NCBI GenBank assembly: GCA_024626585.2
Contig: JANKJI020000002.1
Coordinates: forward strand, 106,720,318 to 106,742,610
Direction of reading: 5' to 3'
Length of the DNA stretch: 22,293 nucleotides
Source: Ginkgo biloba
Taxonomy: Eukaryota > Plantae > Ginkgophyta
Shown here: positions 9,595 through 20,049 of the stretch, in pieces
How positions within the stretch are numbered: the first letter of the stretch is position 1
How the letters are laid out: every line of letters begins with the position of its first letter
The notes under the pieces: model-generated
The model's database searches: none
The model's input: the letters and a program-made list of their open reading frames with translations, nothing else
What the model was told of the DNA's origin: nothing
Program-made: the position numbers and the translations under genes

Positions 9595-11316
9595 ATGGCT
9601 GCCAGATTGAGGCCAGTATACACAAATTCAATACAGGGGAACATCGGAAGAAGCAGGATTCTCATAACCAGAGCTAACAACACCAACACCACCTCCCGTG
9701 AATCATCAGCCCTTGCTTTTTCAGATCCCAAAACTGAAGAAGACGATGAAGAAATCGTTCACAAGGTGTGCCAATTGCTCACACAACGCCGTTTAAATTT
9801 CAATAAAAAACATGAAATTTTATCAAGATTAAATGCCGATCACGTCGATCAAATCCTAGAGAAGACCCAGGCCTCCATTGATCCAAAAATGGCCCTTGAG
9901 TTCTTCGCTTGGGCCGGTCAACAACGGGGTTTTTGTTATAATATAAAGTCTTGCTGTGTCTTGGTTCATATTCTGGTGAGGTCAAATATCCTCGGCCCAG
10001 CCCGTTCTGTTTTACAGCGTTTAATCAACAGTAATAGACCAACGAAATCCGACAATCTGATTGAGAGAGACGCGGAAATTATACACAACTTGGTTCGGAC
10101 ATACGACGACTGTAATTCCTCGACCGAGGTTTTTGATTTATTGATTCATGTTTATACACAGCCAAAACTGGTCCAAGTAGGTGCCGATGCGTTTCTTTTA
10201 ATGAGAAGGTACGGGTTTACGCCTTCTCTGCGTAGCTGTAACATTCTACTTAGTGGTCTCCTAAAATCGAATAGTCTTAGTTTGGCTTGGAAGGTATACG
10301 AGGAAATTCTTCGGGCAGGTGTTGTTCCTGATGTTTATACTTTTAGTACAATGATAAATGCTTGCTGCAAGGAAGGAAACGTCGAAGAGGCTATGGATCT
10401 TTTTGGGAAAATGGAGGGGGTTGGTTGTTCACCCAGTGTTGTTACTTACAACACCCTGATTCATGGTTTGTGTAAGAAGGGTGCGCTTGCCGAAGCTTTT
10501 AGTTTGAAGGACAAGATGTGTGAGAGAGGATTAGTTCCTAGTGTTGTCACTTACAGTGTTTTGATTAATGGGCTTTGTAAGGCAGGAGAGCTGGATAAAG
10601 CAAATTTGTTAGTGCAGGAAATGTTGGACATTGGGTTGGTACCCAATGAGGTGACTTATAATACATTAATTGATGGTTATTGTAAAGAAGGAAATATGAC
10701 GGAGGCTTTCAGGGTAAGGGATGAAATGTTTGTGAAGGGTATTGCACCGAATTCAATTACTTACAGCGTCCTTCTTCAGGGGCTGTACAAGGTAGGTCAG
10801 ACACAGCAGGCAGATAGCCTTTTGGAGGAAATGTTAGGTAAAGGATTGGTCATAAACGTTGGATTGTTTAATTCAATTATTAACAGGCAGTGTAGGACAG
10901 GACAGATGCGCGTAGCTGTTAGGCTGTTCAGGGAGATGGTTTACAGGGGTTTGATGCCGAATGACTTGATTTACACGGCACTGATCAATGGACTCTGCAA
11001 GGAAGGCAATGCAGAGGAAGCTTTGGATATACAGGATATGATGCTTAAAAGAGGTTNNNNNNNNNNNNNNTTGTAATGCACTTCTTCATGGTCTTTGCAA
11101 AGCAAGTAAGACACAAGATGCTGACAGAATTTTTGAGGAGATGCTGGGGAGGGGCTTGTTGCCTGACGATGTTACATACAATACTCTTATTGGTGGATAT
11201 TGCAAAGAGGGCAACACCGAGAAAGCTTTTAAGCTGAGAGATGATATGATTAAAAGGGGTATTGCACCAGATGTTGTCACTTACAATGGTCTTATACACG
11301 GCCTATGCAAGTCAGG
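9595..11316 (+). CDS. P-class pentatricopeptide repeat protein, organelle-targeted, At4g19440-like; 3' end missing in the gap 11317-11416
   Basis: ORF from ATG 9595 in an AACAATGGC context. The first ~35 aa are R/S/T-rich with no acidic residues (transit peptide-like). Twelve consecutive 35-aa PPR motifs follow (e.g. VVTYNTLIHGLCKKGALAEAFSLKDKMCERGLVPS), some cut by gaps. After the 14-N gap the PPR frame resumes at 11072 (CNALLHGLCKASKTQDADRIFEEMLGRGLLPDDVTYNTLIGGYCKEG...GLCKSG). Motif order (DPKMALEFF, PSLRSCN, PDVYTFSTMINA, GLVIN, PND) matches my recollection of At4g19440 homologues; orthology is less certain than the PPR call. Confidence 0.95.
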
Positions 11317-13343
11317 NNNNNNNNNNNNNNNNNNNNNNNNNNNNNNNNNNNNNNNNNNNNNNNNNNNNNNNNNNNNNNNNNNNNNNNNNNNNNNNNNNNN
11401 NNNNNNNNNNNNNNNNATCCAAATTCTGGAGTTAGCTTTTAGCATAGTATCATCCCATTAACAGTTTATTCTTTATTATTTGTGGATGCAGGTGAAGTAG
11501 TGGGATGAAGGAGTGTGATTCATTTGACAAATTCTTACCTCTATAAGAAATAGATATCTATCTCTTTAGAAACATGGCAACCCATCAGCATGCATGTATG
11601 CATCAAAAAATTTTGAGTAGTAAGTATCCTCTTCAAGTTCTTTTTATCAACATCTTTGATGCATTGAAAGGAGTTTTTGCATAAGCTGCCTTAGTTGCTA
11701 GATTTTGCTGCAATAACACATTTCTGATCAGCTTGAATAAACTTTTTGTAGGGAGCTATTTTCTTTGCATCTTTTTCAAACAGTAGTCCATTCTTGCTTG
11801 TGACTGGAGGCGCAAAGGGAAATTTGCATGTGAGAATCACATCATTTAGATTCTGAAAGATTTTTAGACTTAACACAATCCTTGGAATGTTCATCAGCAG
11901 TATTACTTTATTAGTTCGGTAAATTTAGTATACATGCTTTGGGTGATCATTTCTTACACAGGACTAGTAAGCATTCCCTTCATAGTGCGGGTGTCAAGCT
12001 CTGGGCATATTCCAACTAACATTGCCATAGAGAATTGGACACGCATGCTTTATAAGACTTGACCCATCCATTAACTTAAAACAATGAATGCAAAGCCCTG
12101 AAGCTGCTGCCCATTTTACTTGTTATGTCTCTTCAGCAACAAATGGATGAGTGATTAAACTCTCTCATACTACCAGACTGAGGTTTGTAATAACTTTCAA
12201 GTTTCAACTCATTGCATGGGTTACACATCTCAGAATCACCATGCACAAGGATGTCAATGCCCTAATCTTCCTGCATTGTAATCACTTGGCAATTTCCTGC
12301 CTAGTGGATGGGATGTACTCCTCTGAAATCCTATCATAGATCAGAAATCTACTCAGTTATGTGCATGTTTTTGATGAAAAGTATAAATTATTTCTGTGAA
12401 ATCCAATACAGTTCACTAATTGCTATCTATATAACATAACATATTCTAGCTTGGAAATCCTACCAATTGTGTCTGTCCTCCCTTCTGCATAGATTGCATT
12501 TTATTATAGTTTCATGTCATATCTCCTATAATATTCTACCTAGATTTTGACTAGGTCATATGTAATCAAAGATGGTCAAGGCAGTTGATGAATTTCCTTG
12601 GATACAAGATAGTTCAGATAACTCCGCAACAGAACCAAACTCAAAATCAAGAACAACTCATGCATATAACACGTTTGACTGCTGTGCACTCTTCTTATTT
12701 ACTCTTCTTATGTTTCACATGTTTATAGGAAGATATATTATATGATGATGTTTGCATGTTGATTTCCCATGGTGGTTCTGTAAGTTGTTTGTGCCTTTTG
12801 CTGCTTCCTCTAACATGTGCATCTATTCCATTGCCTTCTCCTCCAACCTGTGGCAACTAGTTTAGGTGTGCCAATTTATATTTCTCTTTCATAAACACAT
12901 TATGTAAGATACATACATTAGCAACTTGAGAAGGTCTATGGATATTTACTGTATTCTCAGTACAACTTCAATGTTGATGAGTTAGATATTATTTTCTTCA
13001 CTTTCACTTGTAAGATCTTATGGCAAGGTAATCACATGCAGAGGTTTAGATTCCTGCTCTAGGCCGGTTAGTCTTGAAGATCTCAGCAGACACTTACAGA
13101 AATATGTGAATTTCAATTTTGGACAGTGATGGTGATTGATCCTTGAACCTTGCAAATTTAATGTTATTCATACACATGGACTATATACAACATTAGTTTT
13201 GCAAATCAAGCAGCAGCTGTGGTAGATGTGTGAAGGGACCGGGCTCTTGAAAATGGGGGACCAGGTGGAACACGAACTGGGTGCATTTTTCATGTTTTGG
13301 TAAGTAGGAGGTGTTTATGTTTTATGGTGTGCTTTTTTATATC

Positions 13344-13359
13344 TATATATATATATATA
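13344..13359. repeat. (TA)8 microsatellite
   Basis: tatatatatatatata read directly. Confidence 0.9.
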
Positions 13360-16300
13360 AAACCGTTGCCGACCACAAGGATTTTTTTCTCAAGTTGGAT
13401 TCAAATCGAAAGACAAAATGGATGGAGTGTGTGTTGAAGACGCACATATCAAAGGGAGAATATTTGGTTCATGTATGTTAAGGGATCTCTTTCAACCACA
13501 AAACATTATTTATATATTTATCTTTAATTCTATCATTAAGTTTTTATTTAAATTCAATCAATATGTACATTATAGTTTTATTATCCCTTTCTAAAAAAAG
13601 GGTCATAGGATTCACAAGCTTTGACTATCTTATCTCGAAGTCATTTCATTAACCATGGAGATATCTCTAATCTTGTATTTTATCTTTGTGTTTATTTGTA
13701 ACTATTTTTTCTATGTTTCATATTTAATTTTGTGTTAGAAGAGAATAGGGTCAAATTTCAACCCTTCGTAGCCCGTCAGAGGCTTTGTAGCTCATCAGAG
13801 AGGTTTAAAAAATATTTATCCATCAAATAAAATTCCATATATAAAATCTTCCGTCATTTTGGAAGGGTTAAAAATATTTTGATTTTTCAAATAAAGAGTG
13901 TTATAAATTGGAGTCCGTCAATAAAAAATTTTAAATTTGATCGGAAAAGGACTGAGTAGCGATTGGCCTTTCATTTCCAATTTCAAACATTTTCTCATTA
14001 ATTAAATAACGTTATTACTTTCGCCACACTTTTAGTTTTAGAAATACGCAGTGATTTATTGTTTTATTGCTGATTCTATTTNNNNNNNNNNNNNNNNNNN
14101 NNNNNNNNNNNNNNNNNNNNNNNNNNNNNNNNNNNNNNNNNNNNNNNNNNNNNNNNNNNNNNNNNNNNNNNNNNNNNNNNNNNNNNNNNNNNNNNNNNNN
14201 NNNNNNNNNNNNNNNNNNNNNNNNNNNNNNNNNNNNNNNNNNNNNNNNNNNNNNNNNNNNNNNNNNNNNNNNNNNNNNNNNNNNNNNNNNNNNNNNNNNN
14301 NNNNNNNNNNNNNNNNNNNNNNNNNNNNNNNNNNNNNNNNNNNNNNNNNNNNNNNNNNNNNNNNNNNNNNNNNNNNNNNNNNNNNNNNNNNNNNNNNNNN
14401 NNNNNNNNNNNNNNNNNNNNNNNNNNNNNNNNNNNNNNNNNNNNNNNNNNNNNNNNNNNNNNNNNNNNNNNNNNNNNNNNNNNNNNNNNNNNNNNNNNNN
14501 NNNNNNNNNNNNNNNNNNNNNNNNNNNNNNNNNNNNNNNNNNNNNNNNNNNNNNNNNNNNNNNNNNNNNNNNNNNNNNNNNNNNNNNNNNNNNNNNNNNN
14601 NNNNNNNNNNNNNNNNNNNNNNNNNNNNNNNNNNNNNNNNNNNNNGGGGTTGTTGAGTATTTTGTTTCATGGCAGTGGCTTGAGTGTTTGGAAGTTGAAG
14701 TTGAGTTGTGTGGTAGAATTATCGAGTATATGACTTTGTGCAACAGTCTAGGTGTTGGAAGTTTTGAGTTGTAGCTTGAGTCGTGTTGTAGTTATTGACT
14801 ACTTGACTTCTTTGTTTGTGGTTTGTGTATTCAATTTTGCTTTAAGTCTCTGCTAATATTTAGTCTAGTGGGCTTGCATGGTTTGAGGCAAAGATGTTAT
14901 TAACGCTGTAGGATTTCCGTCATTGTATTTGAGTGAAAAAATCTTCAGGTTACACGTGGGAATTGTAGTTTTGTGAAGGACTTTTGTTGATGTGTTGAAG
15001 ATTTTTAAGAATAGATTAAAACCTATTCTCATATATTTGGATTTAGATTTAGGCAGGAAAGACAGGTAGGAATATTCTACATAAATGGATGCAAGCACCT
15101 CTAAAGATAAGAGGGGAGAGCCAATCATTATTAAGTTCTAGAACTATTTAATAAAGATCTGAAATGCCCCAAGAAATGTGTTGTAAATTTTGTTATGCAA
15201 ATGGCAAACTTTCTCTTTGTTCTTGGAATGAATGTAATAATTGTGTTGTACATGAAGTTGGCATGATGCCTGTTGGTAGGAATGATATTACTGCACTACA
15301 ATGGATGGTTGCAATTGAGTTTGGATTCAATATTTTACTAATTAAGGGTTAAACATAGGTGAGTGTGTATGCTTTTTGTGGTCTCTCGTTGCAATCAAGC
15401 TATTTGAAGCCTAGAATGCAAACGTAAAGTTTTTGTAGAGGTGGTTCAAACAAGATTTCATTAAACTTTAGTGAATTGTAGTTGGATTGTTAAGAAGAGC
15501 ACAATGCTTGTTTGAGGAGTCCACATAGCACCATTAAATTGTTAAGTAGTGTAGTGTTGAAGATTTGTTAAGCTAAAAGAAACGTAAGTTGAGCATTGCG
15601 TCAGCTTGTGTATTTTTATGAAATCATTTAAAGCTTGTGCAAAAAGCGAAGATTGAGTGAAACGCTGTTGCAAAGTTTAGGGCTGCATGTGAGGAGTCTA
15701 TTAAGCTAGGTTTGTGTAAGATCTTTGAAGAATTAAGCCTTCAAGGCTCCACAAAGGTTTACATAGGACTTTTGCCTATGTGGTTATTATCAAAGTTTAA
15801 AGACAATTTAGTTTGAAGGAAAAAGTAAATAATTGCATATTTTGATAGATCTTGAAGAGATCTACAAGTTGTTGTAGCGTTGGCAAAGCTCTATGGATAA
15901 TTGTGAAAGATTGGGTAATCAACAATAAGATAGCTAAGAAAATCAAAGAAGTGAGCTAGAGCTTTGCTCAACATTAAAGATTTGGTGTAGCGTGTAAAGT
16001 TGAGAAGATCTGGAAGGTGAAGATTTAGAAGTTTGACGCTGGTAAGACTTCAAGCTAAAAAATATGCGGCTAAGCTACAGAGATTCAAGTAGATTAAATG
16101 AAATAACAAAGATTGGAAGAAGTAATGTAAGTTTTCTCAAAAGCTAGTATGGATGGCATATAAAGACTGAAAGAAACATCCAAGCAAGATATGTTGTTGT
16201 GGAAGCTATACTCATACCTATGTCGTGCAATAGAAATCAAAGCTCATTAACAACATGCAATTATTTAGCAAAGATTGTAAGATTTGGTTTTTGAGGAGAG

Positions 16301-16399
16301 ATTTTGCATTTTGCTTATTTGTGTTAGCTTATGAAGTGATCTATGCATGCATTGGTATTAAGCTTTCAAAGAGGAGTTAGGAGAGTAAAGACTACAAAA

Positions 16400-18470
16400 A
16401 TGACATAAACTAGAAGTGAAAAATTTGGAAGAGCTCCATTAAATCTAATGGCAATAAGAAGTAAGAATAAGATAGATTCCTCGGGGACATCAGGATGAGT
16501 TCGATGAAACCAAAATGTTGGGCCAATTAGTCTAGCAACAACACCATTTTCTGATGCATCATTGAAGCTTATTATTTGATGGCAGTGGTGATAGTGAAAG
16601 ACACCTTCTCACGTGTGAATGTAAATGGCACGCAAGGGTAGTAAATCTCTTTGTAAAATGGAGAGAGTTTGTGGCAACTCTTGCCAACCCAAGGTCAGTA
16701 CTATAAAGCCTATACCTCAAACAATTAGTGAGAATGGATAGTAATAGAGGCAACATAGAAGTAAGCTTATGCCTACCTATAATCTTTACATACAACATTT
16801 AATGAATTTAAAAACCTCTAGTAGAAGAGATACAAGTCCATCAAAGATGACAACCTTCAAAGTTATGATAGGAAAGGTACCATACATTATCTCCGAAAGG
16901 TAGAATGTAGATTAGTTTGCAATGCGACTAAGTATAACCATTTGAACTCAAGTAAAGCAAGGGGATCCCAAGACCTATAAAAAAGCATTACAAAAAGTTG
17001 TTTAGATGGACTTTGAAGCAAACCAGAGATAAATTGTTGTATTGGGAAAGACCAATGAGTTCACTAAGACATTAAGGAAGCTTCAAGAGTNNNNNNNNNN
17101 NNNNNNNNNNNNNNNNNNNNNNNNNNNNNNNNNNNNNNNNNNACACGGTGGACACCATTTTGAAAATGAGTATCCCTTGGAGGAAAGAAGATAGGAAGGA
17201 GAAGGGTCTTCCAAGAAAGAAGAGGAAACTTTAAGGAAGAAAACATATCAAACATTTTGCCTCATCCATGATACTTGGAGTCACAACTAAGTTGATTATA
17301 GAGATAATCCCAAAAATACACAAAGACCCTGTAACTATGGAGGGGATAGATCAAGAAGCTTTAGTGTAAGCGACAAGAATAATCATGAGGAAGCAGAAAC
17401 TTTAAANNNNNNNNNNNNNNNCAAACTATAGCGAAAGAAAAAACTAAAACTTGAGATGTAAGAGTGTTTAAATGTTTTTAAGTGTTATGGATGGAGACAT
17501 GCCTCTCGAAATTGTCCATTCGCAGGGTTAAAGATTGCCATGTTTGTAATATTAGGGACCACGAGACTCAAGATTGTTGAGTACTACTGGAAAAAATAAA
17601 GTTAGTAAAGCTCATGAGAGTACAACCTTACCAAAGTTGAAGGGGAATAAAATGCACAAAACTATAAGGGAGCTTTGTCAAGAGTTGAAAAGAAAAGGCG
17701 GAACATCAACTGATCCCATGACTAGAAGGTACACATGCGAGTAGAGCCTCACCAAAGTTGAAAGGGAATAAAGTGCACAAAACTACAAGGGAGCATTGTC
17801 AAGGGTTTAAGGGAAAAGGCAAAACACCAATTGATCCCATAACTAAAAGAAGGTACATAGTAGAGAAAAAGGTGAAGGATAATCAATATCCTAATTTCAA
17901 AAGTGAAAATATAAGCAAGCAAAAGATGTGATTCATAGATCATATGAAACTAAAAAAGATAGGAGATTCAAGACATCCAGGAATTCAAAACACTATTCAA
18001 GAAGTAGAAAAACCAATCCAATGTAAGGATGAAGAAGAAGACTAGGCTATCCTAAGCAGTAAATAGCAATAGTGATTGAGATGCTAGCTAGCTTCGTTGT
18101 AGAAAAATCAACATTAAGGAAGTTGAGGATAGAAACCGTAATTAGAGATGGACGAGGGGAGTGGTAGAAATAGGGAACAAGGCTAGTAAATGCAAGGATA
18201 TAGAACCTTTAGTGAATGTTATTGTTCATGGATTAAAAGTGAAAGATGGTGTAGTTGATTTTGGATCGAAGGGAAAATTATATCAATGGAGATGGGGAAT
18301 GAGATTGGTTCCCTCTAAAATCATCATAAGAATGGTAGATTAACTCCAAGTTATATAAGGGGAAGAAGTTGAAAGTCCATATATCTTATGGTGGCCTTGA
18401 AGTGGCTTAGAATTTTGAAGCCACAACTACGTCAAAAAGGTAATACCCATAGAGTTATGGATGAGGCNNN
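16400..18470 (+). mobile_element. Non-chromovirus (Tat/Athila-like) Ty3/gypsy gag with two zinc knuckles and protease, pseudogenised
   Basis: From about 16575: FDGSGDSERHLLTCECKWHARVVNLFVKWREFVATL (gag start), then NEFKNL**KRYKSIKD. Two CX2CX4HX4C knuckles: CFKCYGWRHASRNC (17473-17515, 1-nt slip) and CHVCNIRDHETQDC (17536-17577). Retropepsin PLVNVIVHGLKVKDGVVDFGS...LVPSKIIIRMVD lies at about 18205-18340. Confidence 0.85.
17613..17857 (+). repeat. Tandem duplication, about 121 bp x2, in the gag-protease linker
   Basis: catgagagtacaaccttaccaaagttgaaggggaataaaatgcacaaaacta... (17613) aligns with catgcgagtagagcctcaccaaagttgaaagggaataaagtgcacaaaacta... (17734). Both copies end in ...tgatcccat(g/a)acta...gaaggtaca. 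Confidence 0.9.
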
Positions 18471-18936
18471 NNNNNNNNNTAGGATCGATCAATTGGGAAA
18501 AATAGCAAATGGAAGTAAGCAAAATTGGACTTGGTTATCTATACTATTGGATAAAACTAAGTAAACTATAGAGATGTTTAAAGATGAAAGCCTACTTCAA
18601 AGGAAGAATCTAAAGAACAAATTATAGAAAATGATGTTGAAAATCTCTATAGTTGTGTGGCCAAAGAAAGGTATGAACCAATTGATGATGGAGTTATTAT
18701 TTTGAAAGCATCACCTCCGACATTGCTAATTCAGATTTGCTAATGGAATTGCAAAATAAAATGCGCAAGGTGCATTTCTTTAACACTTATAGAATTGTAG
18801 CAGATGATTAAGAAAGAAGAGATGCTTACCAAATTGNNNNNNNNNNNNNNNNNNNNNNNNNNNNNNNNNNNNNNNNNNNNNNNNNNNNNNNNNNNNNNNN
18901 NNNNNNNNNNNNNNNNNNNNNNNNNNNNNNNNNNNN

Positions 18937-19678
18937 TTATTTGAATTATGGGTTAGTAGAATCCAACACTAGATGTGATTGCTTGTTTGATTCTTCAAAC
19001 CCAATTATTATGGCATATGCATGCAAGGGATCACTGTGAAGACAATTTTGCATCCAGCTAGGGGTTGTACTAGCAAGGACTTATATATATTATGCATGTT
19101 ACGGAGCTCGAGTCCTAAGGCTTGACAACTAGAGGAGGGCTAGCATGTGTGAGACTCCCAAGATAGTATGGAATCCATGGTGATATGCTAGCATGCCATG
19201 GTGGGCACCTTTATTCACAACTAACTGACACTGCGGTGGAGTCGGTGCGCCTTATGTGCATGAGTTGTCTAGAGGAAGGGTATCTTGTACTCAGTGAGAG
19301 ACGACCCTAGTGCCTAAATGGAGGCAAGGAGACAACTGCCTTCGCACCCTTCCCAACTACAAGGGTGGACTCAAACGGGGAGGTTGTTTGTGGCTAACGA
19401 ATAACCTTTATGGCGCCAAAGGTTTGTGTTAATAGTTGCAGTTAAGTCCTCTATGGGGTCCTCATGGCGAACAACGGTAGTGTGTGTATGACTCAATAGC
19501 TTATCCCATTATCCTAGCAGTCTAGTCTAGATTCCTATATGATTATGCTTGTTTGAATGTGAATGATATTTATATTAATGTGCATTCTGATAGATAGAAT
19601 ATCTTGGTATGCATTCATTTATATCTTGAGATAGATAAACTAACCTAGTTAGCTTTGGAGTAAAGGCAGGTTGTTACA
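18937..19678 (+). mobile_element. Probable 3' portion of an LTR (solo or 3' LTR)
   Basis: Non-coding block, richer in GC and CpG than its flanks, ending in GGCAGGTTGTTACA, a typical plant gypsy LTR terminus. No TGG-type PBS follows. The 5' end is in the gap. Confidence 0.5.
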
Positions 19679-20049
19679 CAAATGTTCCTTAGATAGGTGG
19701 TGCTAGAGTTTAAAGTAGGCTTTTGTCCCTTGTTAAGCTCTTTTTATGCAAGGGTCCCACCATTACAAATAGCCAATGTCTTCATAATTGGCATGTTGGC
19801 TTCGTAACTAAGCTCTCTCCTAGAGTCGTCCTTAGCAATTCAGGATCGCTTTCCTTTAAAAGGCCTAATTAATGCGTCTAGGGTCCATCTTCCTTCATTG
19901 ACTTGATCATAGAACCATTAAGCCTCTTTGACAATGGTTGACTAGGATTTGGCCATGGTTGATTGGGTTGTGACATAGCCTCTAGTGCACTAGCTTCAGT
20001 TTGGTTGTCTTGTTGTCGATAAGGTTCAGGGTGGTTAGAGCTAGGTAGG

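Noticed and set aside
11045-11299. Minus-strand ORFs over the PPR gene (also 9800-9985)
   Set aside because: Antisense shadows of the PPR coding sequence.
9595-11316. PPR as a PLS/DYW editing factor or a restorer-of-fertility-like cluster member
   Set aside because: All visible motifs are 35-aa P type with no L/S motifs, the gene is single in the window, and the N-terminus fits the At4g19440 type.
11417-11461. IQILELAFSIVSSH as the PPR C-terminus
   Set aside because: The frame continues only through a placeholder gap. The sequence is not PPR-like and looks intronic.
14015-14774. ORFs of 200-242 aa in the ORF track
   Set aside because: Mostly N, and the flanking residues show no protein signature.
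17613-17857. Repeats as a CRISPR-like or other prokaryotic system
   Set aside because: Only two directly adjacent long copies with no spacers, in a eukaryotic retroelement context.
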